Notes under the pieces: model-generated | The model's database searches: none | What the model was told of the DNA's origin: nothing | What the model saw: the letters and a program-made list of their open reading frames with translations, nothing else | IMG/VR virus record: IMGVR_UViG_3300011774_000001 | Location: 1 to 64,000 of that record | Origin: a virus | Taxonomy: Duplodnaviria > Caudoviricetes | Length of the DNA stretch: 64,000 nucleotides | Strand: one strand, 5' to 3' | Position numbers and translations under genes: made by a program | Shown: positions 54,189-62,508 of the stretch, piece by piece | How positions within the stretch are numbered: position 1 is the first letter of the stretch | Layout: every line of letters starts with the position of its first letter

Positions 54189-54539
54189 TTGCCGATGAAA
54201 ACTCTTCGAGATAATATTTATGATGTCCTCTCGGAGCACTGCCCCAAAACTGCGCGCCAGTGGCGCCAGAGCTATGTTCCGATCGTGGCCTTTGCCAGCC
54301 CTGAGCAAGAACTCAAGGGTTTGGTTTCCTATTTCTTCCAGGCGTTCTCTAGTCTGCAAGGCGACTTCACACACGAACTGAACTGCGTCGTCGGCAACAG
54401 CTGCAATCAAACATTGTGGCTGCAGGACTTTCGTTCGGTGTTAGCGCCAAGCTTTGTGCAGAACGCGCGGTACATTTTCTCTCCACCACCCAAGCTCAAT
54501 GAGAGTGTTCATTGGCTGGCTCAGTTGTTGGAGGGGTAA
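54189..54539 (+). CDS. Hypothetical protein
   Basis: AAGGA RBS; fills the gap between RecA and the RNAP subunit. Confidence 0.65.
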   Translation: MPMKTLRDNIYDVLSEHCPKTARQWRQSYVPIVAFASPEQELKGLVSYFFQAFSSLQGDFTHELNCVVGNSCNQTLWLQDFRSVLAPSFVQNARYIFSPPPKLNESVHWLAQLLEG

Positions 54540-54557
54540 CAACTTAAGGGGTGCCCC

Positions 54558-55238
54558 GTGGCCGGTAACCGTAAAGCAGCAGAGAAGATCGTACTGGCCG
54601 ACCTGGCTCTCTACGACAAGTCCCCTAAGAAGGATAACGTCGCCAACTATGCAGCCTACTTCGCGTCGATGAACGATGCCCAGTTTGATGCATGGGTTGA
54701 TCGCATTGATAAACAGGAAGAGTACATCTACTTCAAGGTGCCTAACTTCCAAGGCAAGGATCTAACCTTCGAAGAGATTCTGGAGATTGGTGACCGTGTA
54801 GGTTACAAGTTCTTCGAGCGCATCTGGATCACCGACCGGGCAACCGGCATCACCATGTTGTCTCCGCACGAATACATGATCATCGTGCAACCACTGCGGA
54901 GACAGTCTCAGTCGCTGATGGGCAAAATGTCCACGGCGGAAGATAACAGCCACATCGATACTTTGACCGACCAGCCAACCGGCGAGTCAAAGACCAGTAG
55001 CCTCTCGTTCGTAGAGACTCAGGTGGTTAGTAACCAGGGCATCCGTAAGCCCCTGGAAGAATTGCTCCGTGTCCGTGGGGGTAACCTCAAGGCCTTGGCT
55101 CGATTCGAACAGCAGTTCCTTGAATACGGGGAGGGGTCACTAGATGCGCCCGGTATGGAACAAGGTAAAGTTAAGTCTGTCCAGAACGCGGCGATCTATC
55201 TACGTGCCATGCACTTGGATAACAACTTCGATAAGTAA
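54558..55238 (+). CDS. Virion RNA polymerase beta-like subunit, C-terminal part (phiKZ gp149-like)
   Basis: LTDQPTGESKTSSLSFVETQV...LEELLRVRGG corresponds to RpoB C-terminal TQQPLGG...GEMEV...LQEMLTVKSD. Confidence 0.85.
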   Translation: MAGNRKAAEKIVLADLALYDKSPKKDNVANYAAYFASMNDAQFDAWVDRIDKQEEYIYFKVPNFQGKDLTFEEILEIGDRVGYKFFERIWITDRATGITMLSPHEYMIIVQPLRRQSQSLMGKMSTAEDNSHIDTLTDQPTGESKTSSLSFVETQVVSNQGIRKPLEELLRVRGGNLKALARFEQQFLEYGEGSLDAPGMEQGKVKSVQNAAIYLRAMHLDNNFDK

Positions 55239-55249
55239 ACGGTGAAATC

Positions 55250-55843
55250 ATGGATCGTCAACAAGCCGCAGTCCATTACGTTGAACAGGCAGAGATCGCT
55301 CTGCGTACAACGCTTGAATGGTGCAAGACCGCCTATGGACAGCAGGCAGCAGACCAGTTGTCCCGCATCTTCTCTGACAATCTGTTCGGTCAGAACTTCG
55401 CAGCCTACAACGAGCCTGGTGAGGTGCTGTCTTTCTGGGGTGCGATCAGTCGTCGCCCTGTTACTGACAAGTCGTATGGTGGCGAGTTTGTCATCATGCT
55501 GCACACCCAGTTCAGCTACTTCGTGGAACCTGCAGTGATTTCCGAATCCCAATCGGCCATCGCTGTTACCAACCTGACACCGCTGGGTCACCACCTGGTT
55601 TCGACCATTGCCCGCGCGCAACCACTGCTCAAATACCCTGCCGACCAGTTCCATGACGAGTTGGCAGGCTTTGAAGCTTTCATGAAGGATGTACCGACGC
55701 CTGCTCAGGTGATCTCCATCCTGTCCTACTTCCCTTGGATGGCTCCGTTCTATCTGCTGATGTTCTCTCAACCAGAAACGCTCAAAGCCATTCTGGTTGG
55801 GTATCAGTCGACCACGCCAGCCGCTAACGCTACGGGTGCATAA
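55250..55843 (+). CDS. Conserved hypothetical protein
   Basis: 197-aa ORF; TAATG coupling downstream. Confidence 0.7.
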   Translation: MDRQQAAVHYVEQAEIALRTTLEWCKTAYGQQAADQLSRIFSDNLFGQNFAAYNEPGEVLSFWGAISRRPVTDKSYGGEFVIMLHTQFSYFVEPAVISESQSAIAVTNLTPLGHHLVSTIARAQPLLKYPADQFHDELAGFEAFMKDVPTPAQVISILSYFPWMAPFYLLMFSQPETLKAILVGYQSTTPAANATGA

Positions 55844-56643
55844 TGCGCGGCACTATCTTGATTGAGTTGGACGCTCTGCTGGACACTCGATTGGGTGCGA
55901 TGCGGATATTCAACGAGTCCCTTTGGGCCCACACCTGGAATGACCCTGCTTACTACAACCGGCTGGTGGATGACTTTGAGCATTTTGGTCAAGGCACTAC
56001 GCTGATGTGGGAAGCAATCTACAACCAGCGTGGCACCCTGCGCGACGAGAAGGGCGACTTGAAAGTGCTCAGGGCTTCGGTCATGTCTGTCATGGTCGGA
56101 AAGATGGGCATGCATTTGAGGCAGCTCTACTCCAAGCGTACCACCGAACCCAACTTCAAAGGGTGTGACGTGAAGGTTAACGTCTGGCCTTACGAGTTGG
56201 ATGAGATTGACAAGGAAGAGATCGTTCTCGCACTGGAGCAAATGATGCTCCCTGACGAGAGCGGTGCTCAGGTCGAGATCATTGATACCCAGATCAGCTG
56301 CGTCAGCATTCCGCACAGCGAACTGACTCTGGATATGATTCGTGAAGAGTACACCAAGGTGGTGATGTACAACTTCCGCGAGTGGTGGGACATTCAAGCC
56401 AAGTGCATTTACGATGCAGTGCGTGGCGCGTCCCTAACCGAGTTCATCGTTCCAGAACTCATCCGGTTGAAGAACTCCCAGAAGATCGACAAGAAAACAT
56501 TCGTCGACGATACAGGGGCACCCTTCAACCCATTCGAAGAAACCAAGCGCACGCTGGCCGTTTCAATGAACTTGAGTTTCTGGAGCCCGCTGTATTTCTC
56601 CGTCCCCAATCCGCAAGAACTTATTCGCGGTCTAAAGGCATAA
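55843..56643 (+). CDS. Conserved protein with HAD-like N-terminal strand (phiKZ gp147-like)
   Basis: ILIELDALLDTRLG; VNVWPY.L. Confidence 0.65.
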   Translation: MRGTILIELDALLDTRLGAMRIFNESLWAHTWNDPAYYNRLVDDFEHFGQGTTLMWEAIYNQRGTLRDEKGDLKVLRASVMSVMVGKMGMHLRQLYSKRTTEPNFKGCDVKVNVWPYELDEIDKEEIVLALEQMMLPDESGAQVEIIDTQISCVSIPHSELTLDMIREEYTKVVMYNFREWWDIQAKCIYDAVRGASLTEFIVPELIRLKNSQKIDKKTFVDDTGAPFNPFEETKRTLAVSMNLSFWSPLYFSVPNPQELIRGLKA

Positions 56644-56677
56644 GCCCTCCCCCTCCCTACGGGGAGGGGGAGTATGC
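56637..56677. terminator. Bidirectional hairpin with GGCATA / TATGC flanks
   Basis: CTCCCCCTCCC-TACG-GGGAGGGGGAG. Confidence 0.85.
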
Positions 56678-57190
56678 TCACGACGGATCGTGTTCAATGA
56701 GATTGCCTTTCTCACGAGAGAAACGTCCTGCCATGTCGGAGTACGTTATTGTGTGACTCCCTGTCTCCAGCTCGCCTGGGACAACCTCGATATCTGGCAG
56801 CTCACTATCCAGTGGGATGGCTGCACGTTGCACCGGAGGACCATCGACACGCATGACGCTGCTACTACCAGAACGATTGGCCAGCTCCAACAATGCCTGT
56901 GCAACGATCTGGTCTTTCTTGGCATTGTTGTCGTCGGTCTTCTGACGCATGATACCAAGTTCTTGGTTGTCGAAATCCTTCATGGTATCGAGCAGCATCT
57001 TGACGCCGTCTTTATCGGTGGGAACTTTACCACCCGGTGCCAAGGCAACCATCATCTTTATTCGAACGCCTTGTGTCATTTCCAAGCGTTCTTCATGACT
57101 GGCCGGCAAGACTTCAGGAACAATCGGAGTAACGTTCTCGTACTCTGTTCCGTTCTCAACGACCCCCAAGTCTTTCAATGCTTGATCCAT
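56678..57190 (-). CDS. Hypothetical protein
   Basis: GAGGG RBS before MDQALK. Confidence 0.7.
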   Translation of the reverse strand: MDQALKDLGVVENGTEYENVTPIVPEVLPASHEERLEMTQGVRIKMMVALAPGGKVPTDKDGVKMLLDTMKDFDNQELGIMRQKTDDNNAKKDQIVAQALLELANRSGSSSVMRVDGPPVQRAAIPLDSELPDIEVVPGELETGSHTITYSDMAGRFSREKGNLIEHDPS

Positions 57191-57212
57191 TGTAATGCCC
57201 TCTAATAACTCT

Positions 57213-57241
57213 TTCTCAAACCTAAAACATCTAACTGAATA
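57213..57241 (+). promoter_or_regulatory. Possible phage promoter (weak variant of the early motif)
   Basis: TCTCAAACCTAAAACATCTAACTGAAT aligns with TCTCAAACCTAAATTATCCATTTGAAT at 1003; AT-rich divergent gap. Confidence 0.45.
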
Positions 57242-57339
57242 TCCACCTATAAGGTTTTGGTTATTCACAATGGATGATGTCTGTGAGGTGTAACATGCTC
57301 GCACAATTGTCTAGCTTTCCAGTCGATGGACGCAAATCC

Positions 57340-57846
57340 ATGTTTAAGAAACTCTTGAGCTGGATCGGCTTTGGACAGGAGGACGCTCCTGCTCCAGACG
57401 AACGATTGGACAAGATGAATGCTATGCTTGTACAGATGGACAGACTTCGACGTCTAATCGCGCAGGGCACTTGGAAAGGTCGCAGGGGAACCTGGCGCAC
57501 TTCCAAGTTTGAGAGTGTTCATCAGAACATTTTCTATCTCATCAACACCGTACGGAGTACCACAGATGCAGTCTTATCAAAATCTCCACCTCCCCGCGAA
57601 GCAACTCTGTCTCGGCGATTCGTGGACAACTTGTATCCCGTAACACTTGATGGCTATCTAACCGACGAGCAGGGTTACACCTGTGCGCCGGAAACGATCA
57701 TGCGAGAGCTGATTAAGGCCATCGAAGATTTGGTCAACAACATTCGCATGTACGACCAAACGGATTCAACACGCTTCGATTATTATCTGCGGCAGTGTTC
57801 GAATCTATTTGGCGAGTTGGAGATCATAACAAAAACATACCTCTAA
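57340..57846 (+). CDS. Hypothetical protein
   Basis: GGA RBS before MFKKLL. Confidence 0.7.
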   Translation: MFKKLLSWIGFGQEDAPAPDERLDKMNAMLVQMDRLRRLIAQGTWKGRRGTWRTSKFESVHQNIFYLINTVRSTTDAVLSKSPPPREATLSRRFVDNLYPVTLDGYLTDEQGYTCAPETIMRELIKAIEDLVNNIRMYDQTDSTRFDYYLRQCSNLFGELEIITKTYL

Positions 57847-57875
57847 CTCAGCCAAGGTTACGAAGGACTTTTTGG

Positions 57876-58568
57876 ATGAGTGCTAAAGGTAATGACATCT
57901 ACACGATGTTGGCTACCCCTGACAAACGGATTCGAGAAGCCCACGGCATTCTGTCGCGGATGTATCGTCTCATTTTGTGGGAGTTGCAGATTACCCCCTA
58001 CAAATGGAACCTCCTACTGACCAACTATTTGGACAAGTTGACGAGAGATCTCGACCTGTCCCAAGATCGGGTAACCAATGAGCGCAATAACCTGCGCAAA
58101 GGGTTGTCTGATCCTGACATGACCTTTGAGATGTTGACAAGGGGATTGTCGGTGTTGGCTCCACGAGGAATGACGTTTAAGGTGGAGTTGGACTACGACA
58201 ACGATGTCATGGTGGAATCTAGCGTTGACATGCTAGCACCTGACACGGGCGATTTGGGTAAGTTGTCGGGGCTGTACCAAGACCTGTGCGCGCTCATGGG
58301 TAAGGACGTCAATCATCTGGATGAGGAGATTGAAGCCTACCTATGTAACGCATTAGTGAGGGAAGAAGTAAAAGGGCGTAAGAAGGGCAATGACAAGGGC
58401 AACCTGCGTCGTGAGTTGCCTGGTACAGCAATGACATGGGATGTGTTCAAGAAGGGCTTAAGGGTCTTGGCACCGAACATGACGCGCGTAAGTGTATCGC
58501 TCCAGTGGACTCGCAATCGGGTTACCACGCATACACTGCGCATTGCTACACCGAAGAAAGCTGGGTAG
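57876..58568 (+). CDS. Hypothetical protein made of two tandem homologous domains
   Basis: AAGGA RBS; repeat N.R.NLR..L....MT.....GL.VLAP. Confidence 0.75.
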   Translation: MSAKGNDIYTMLATPDKRIREAHGILSRMYRLILWELQITPYKWNLLLTNYLDKLTRDLDLSQDRVTNERNNLRKGLSDPDMTFEMLTRGLSVLAPRGMTFKVELDYDNDVMVESSVDMLAPDTGDLGKLSGLYQDLCALMGKDVNHLDEEIEAYLCNALVREEVKGRKKGNDKGNLRRELPGTAMTWDVFKKGLRVLAPNMTRVSVSLQWTRNRVTTHTLRIATPKKAG

Positions 58569-58571
58569 TCA

Positions 58572-58620
58572 GCTCCCCCTCCCTTCGGGGAGGGGGATTA
58601 TGCCCCACGTTTATTTTTTT
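58572..58620 (+). terminator. Hairpin with UUCG loop, TATGCC and a distal T-tract
   Basis: TCCCCCTCCC-TTCG-GGGAGGGGGA. Confidence 0.85.
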
Positions 58621-58658
58621 GTTCAATTCTATGAATCTTTTCTAACGAGTCCGATGCC

Positions 58659-59669
58659 ATGCGTACCACTCTTGCACCTACCACGTTGAGCATCGGCTCG
58701 ACTGACGATGTATTAGTCAAAAGTTCTTCTGAGGTTACCAGTACCACGGACAACACCTCCGTAAAGGACATGCTGGTAGGTTTAAAGGACGAAACAGTTG
58801 ATGCCCTGCGTAAGACACCCAAACTGGCTTCGCAGCTCACCAAGCTCGTTGTAGACGCCAAGACGGGTAGGCTCAATGCAACCAATGCATTGTCCCGCCT
58901 GAACAGTGTGTTCGGCAACAAAGGTGGGATCATCGACAAGCTGTCCACCAAAACAGTTTCTGTAATGTCCGACACGTTGGGTATGGACCCCAAACTTGCC
59001 AAACGTGTCATGACAACAGTCAAGGATGTAGCTGGCGGTAAGACCAGTCTCCTTGGCTACTCGGCCAATGTGACTTCCTCCCAAGGGTTGGTCAACACGA
59101 TCCAGCGTCTCTTGGGTGACAAGGACATCATTGGCTACGTTGACTTGGATGCTGAGGCGTCCCTGCTGTCAGGTTTGCTCAAAGAAGCAGTCAAGGCAGG
59201 TATTCCTCAATCCGTCGACATCCTCCTCAAGGAGGCCACCAGTCCTGAGACGAAAAGACGGGTCATCAGTGAAAACGTCTACGCAATTGTGTTCAGCGGA
59301 AACCTGACCACTGTAGAGAAGTTAACCACGCACATGACCCCTGAACAGATCAGGGCACAATACCCACACTTTGCCAGGGACTTCTTGGCGCAATTCGCAC
59401 TGACTCCAGCTGACACTGTGGATAAGTACGCGGAGATCAAACAACGCATCATTACACTGTTTACGAGGGTAGACGCTAACTGGGACAAGTCCTTGCGAGA
59501 CGAGGTATGGATTGCCTCGCTAGCGCCTTTCACCAAAGCCTCTGAAGACGCTACCACGATCTTCAATACGTCCCCACCGTATCGGGCTGCGCTGGTGCTG
59601 GCCAAGAACTATCCTTCCTACGAGATCAAGTCCTGGATCAAAAAGCACTACCCGTACTTCCCCGCTTAG
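58659..59669 (+). CDS. Hypothetical, possibly virion, protein
   Basis: 336-aa ORF. Confidence 0.7.
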   Translation: MRTTLAPTTLSIGSTDDVLVKSSSEVTSTTDNTSVKDMLVGLKDETVDALRKTPKLASQLTKLVVDAKTGRLNATNALSRLNSVFGNKGGIIDKLSTKTVSVMSDTLGMDPKLAKRVMTTVKDVAGGKTSLLGYSANVTSSQGLVNTIQRLLGDKDIIGYVDLDAEASLLSGLLKEAVKAGIPQSVDILLKEATSPETKRRVISENVYAIVFSGNLTTVEKLTTHMTPEQIRAQYPHFARDFLAQFALTPADTVDKYAEIKQRIITLFTRVDANWDKSLRDEVWIASLAPFTKASEDATTIFNTSPPYRAALVLAKNYPSYEIKSWIKKHYPYFPA

Positions 59670-59685
59670 ATGAAGGCGCACCACC

Positions 59686-60264
59686 ATGGAAGAGAAAATC
59701 CTGATTGTGCCAATCAGAAAGTTTGACATGTACAGCGTGTCTTACAACAAGGACTTTACCGCAGCATTGGGTAAACCACATTGGCTGACCAACGAGAACT
59801 ACGTCTACTACTTGGGTGAGAAGTATTCCAATGAGTGGGTTGTGGTTCCACGGGGATACGCTACCGACGGCGCAACAGTACCACCTGCCTTCCAAAGCAT
59901 CCTGCAAGTGTTTGGCAAGCACGGCTCCGCAGTCATTCTCCATGACTGGCTGTGCGAATACGGATACGTTTGGCATCGCAGCCTGATCTCTGGAGAGGTC
60001 ACCAAGCGCATGCTGACGCGTGAGGAAATCGATGCCATCTTCGTGGAAGCGTTGGGTGTCATTGAAATGGACCCCGGCACCATCCATTGGGTGAAGATGG
60101 GGTTTGCTGCTCACCGTATCGTTACCCGTCCTCCAGTCCCCAACCTGGATGCAGCCAAACAACGATTGGAGCTTAACTATGCTCAAGCGAAGGGCTGGCA
60201 CCCTTTCGACGGCAGTTTGCTCTGGGACGTAGTTGATCACCCCCCTCTCTGGGCAATCGCATAA
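59686..60264 (+). CDS. DUF1353 family protein
   Basis: VP.GY.TDGATVP, AVILHDWLC, REEIDAIF.EAL. Confidence 0.85.
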   Translation: MEEKILIVPIRKFDMYSVSYNKDFTAALGKPHWLTNENYVYYLGEKYSNEWVVVPRGYATDGATVPPAFQSILQVFGKHGSAVILHDWLCEYGYVWHRSLISGEVTKRMLTREEIDAIFVEALGVIEMDPGTIHWVKMGFAAHRIVTRPPVPNLDAAKQRLELNYAQAKGWHPFDGSLLWDVVDHPPLWAIA

Positions 60265-60304
60265 AAGGCTAGCCCCCTGCCCTTGCGGGCAGGGGGACTA
60301 TGCC
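60259..60304. terminator. Bidirectional hairpin with GCATA / TATGCC flanks
   Basis: CCCCCTGCCC-TTGC-GGGCAGGGGG. Confidence 0.85.
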
Positions 60305-60305
60305 G

Positions 60306-62438
60306 TCAGTTGTTTGCAACCGTACCCTTGGTGAAGATGTTGAGCATCCTGGAAGGAAGCCATCCACCCACCTTGTTCTGGAATGCAGACGTTGTCGTCC
60401 ACGACTCGTAACTGGAGATCATCTTGGTCATGGCAATCTTGAGTTTCTGCGTGGTGTAGATTTGCTCTTGCAGAGTCAGACCACCAAATACCGCCATCAT
60501 TTCCGAATACTTGTTCGAGTCATCCCACGTGGTTGGGTCTGTCAGCGTGGCCGCTCCTTGGAAGAAACGGTTCTCACCGACCACTGCGCCCGTAGCACCG
60601 TCAGCCATCTTGCCCACAGTCTGCTTCACACCGCTCCAGAAGCCCGCCTCAGTCGAGATTGGCATGGTGACGATGCTAGACAGGTCTACGATCGAAAACG
60701 TCACTGTGACGCCCAGAGGATCGCCATCAGCGTTACGACCCATGGTTCCCACACCGGTACTGATAGACAGATCGCGGATCATGCCCAGTTTGATCGTGTG
60801 ACGCGAACGCGAGTAGGCTTCACAGATGAACGGGGCAGTGTACGACTGTTTACCCGTGGCCAGTGGGAGAACGCCTGCCAGCAACATCGAGACCGGAATC
60901 CAGATGTTCTTGAAGCGACTGATAGGATCACCTGACCAGCTACGCAGCTCGATGGTGTACGACGGAGCAGGGAGCGATGCAGCAGCGCTCTGCCAGGTCT
61001 GAGGGATGTCCACGAAGGCGTTACCCATCAGCGCTGTCAGGTTGGACACACCAATCATGTCCAGACCACCTGCCATCATCCCCTTAACAGCGCCCGCCAC
61101 CTCATCCACGATACCAATACCGGTTTGGAATTGGGCAGCGTTGAACATGATGGAACGTGCACGAGCCGTTACGCCGTTAGCGTTCTGAGCAATCTCAGAT
61201 TCACCCACGGTGTTACTGAACGAGGTGGTGGTAGGTCCAGTGGAGTCTACGCGGAAGGTAACGAACTCAGAACCGTCGTTAGCCGAAGCCCGTTCGTGTT
61301 CTGCCATGGCTTCAAAGAAGCCCCACTTGGCCATGGTGCTGTTATCGGCCATCTTCTTGCCGGTGGAGTCAACTTGAATGTTGGTTTCATTCTCCACCTT
61401 AAAGGCGTTGACCTGTCGTTCGAGAGCCTCTGTGGAAAGGTTCTCAAACTGGTTACCCGTGGCATTGAGATAACGACTCACGTAATCTCGAATGTTACCC
61501 ACGTTGGTGTCGGTCAGCGCAGACAGATACGCCGAGTTGGTCCAGCTTCTGAAGGCATCGACGAACGCCCCCTTGGAAGACGCCTGGATGGCAAGGTCGT
61601 TGACTGCCTCCTGGAACTTCTGAGAGAGTCTGTTGTAACGGTTGGCCACACCGAACAAGTCAATACCACCGTCCTTACGGAAGATGTCAGGGAGCTGTTC
61701 GTTGTAATACTTGATCTCAGCCAAACGCGCTTGCGCTTCTTCTTTGGTCTCATCACGGCCACCGACACGGGGAATGATACCCATGTTAACGGCAATGGAG
61801 TTGGCAATGTTGTTTGCCGCAGACCAGTAGTTGTGCATGGTCGGGTCGAGGTAGTAGTACCGCGATACCGAGGAGCCCAGCAGAAAGCTGATAGCCTTAC
61901 CTGCAAACATGACCGGAGCGTAAGCAAAGCCCACAACCCAACCCAATGCCTGACCCATGCGGTAGAACACACCAGGACCTTTACCGGTACGGGCAATGAC
62001 CGACGCTTCTGGATCGTAGAAGGTAAAGAAGAACGACAACAGGCTGTTGAACTTGGGCACACCGAAACGCATGGTGATGTATTCACCGGTGTCGTCGTAC
62101 ATGTCCGAGTAGGCTCGCCCTAGGCCTCTCGAAGCGGTCGCCCCTGCTCGAACGTCATCCGCCTGATCGTTGGCCGCAATGAGCGGCTTGATAATCGGGT
62201 TGTCGATCGAGTAACTGTAAAGCGTGTTCAAGCCGGCCACAGTCATGTCGGCATAAACAGTGAATTGTGGAGGTGGGTTGATACAGCGTGCACCACCCAA
62301 TGTGGTATCGGCGAACTTGATGCGTGCTCCCGATTCCAAACGCGCGCGACGATCTGTACTCGCACGGCCCGCTCGGGCGATCAGAAAGCTGGAGCGCACC
62401 CAGCTGTCGTTGCGAATACCCGCAAGAGCTGTTGCCAT
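60306..62438 (-). CDS. Baseplate/tail structural protein (phiKZ gp182-like)
   Basis: KFADTTLGG...INPPPQFT.YAD, GLGRAYS, MRFGVPKFNSL, YYYL.PTMH.YW; downstream of the gp181-like gene. Confidence 0.7.
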   Translation of the reverse strand: MATALAGIRNDSWVRSSFLIARAGRASTDRRARLESGARIKFADTTLGGARCINPPPQFTVYADMTVAGLNTLYSYSIDNPIIKPLIAANDQADDVRAGATASRGLGRAYSDMYDDTGEYITMRFGVPKFNSLLSFFFTFYDPEASVIARTGKGPGVFYRMGQALGWVVGFAYAPVMFAGKAISFLLGSSVSRYYYLDPTMHNYWSAANNIANSIAVNMGIIPRVGGRDETKEEAQARLAEIKYYNEQLPDIFRKDGGIDLFGVANRYNRLSQKFQEAVNDLAIQASSKGAFVDAFRSWTNSAYLSALTDTNVGNIRDYVSRYLNATGNQFENLSTEALERQVNAFKVENETNIQVDSTGKKMADNSTMAKWGFFEAMAEHERASANDGSEFVTFRVDSTGPTTTSFSNTVGESEIAQNANGVTARARSIMFNAAQFQTGIGIVDEVAGAVKGMMAGGLDMIGVSNLTALMGNAFVDIPQTWQSAAASLPAPSYTIELRSWSGDPISRFKNIWIPVSMLLAGVLPLATGKQSYTAPFICEAYSRSRHTIKLGMIRDLSISTGVGTMGRNADGDPLGVTVTFSIVDLSSIVTMPISTEAGFWSGVKQTVGKMADGATGAVVGENRFFQGAATLTDPTTWDDSNKYSEMMAVFGGLTLQEQIYTTQKLKIAMTKMISSYESWTTTSAFQNKVGGWLPSRMLNIFTKGTVANN

Positions 62439-62466
62439 GGTTGAGTCCTTTTGTTAAAGGGGTGAG

Positions 62467-62505
62467 GTCATAAAGTAAGCAGGGCGCCCCCGAAGGGGCA
62501 CCCTA
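62467..62505 (-). terminator. Hairpin (UUCG on minus strand) followed by TTTATGAC
   Basis: AGGGCGCCCC-CGAA-GGGGCACCCT. Confidence 0.7.
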
Positions 62506-62508
62506 CTC

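Noticed and set aside
17741-58640. Individual TATG late promoters (e.g. 17766, 24507, 48223, 58630)
   Set aside because: A 4-nt motif cannot be called from sequence alone without TSS data.
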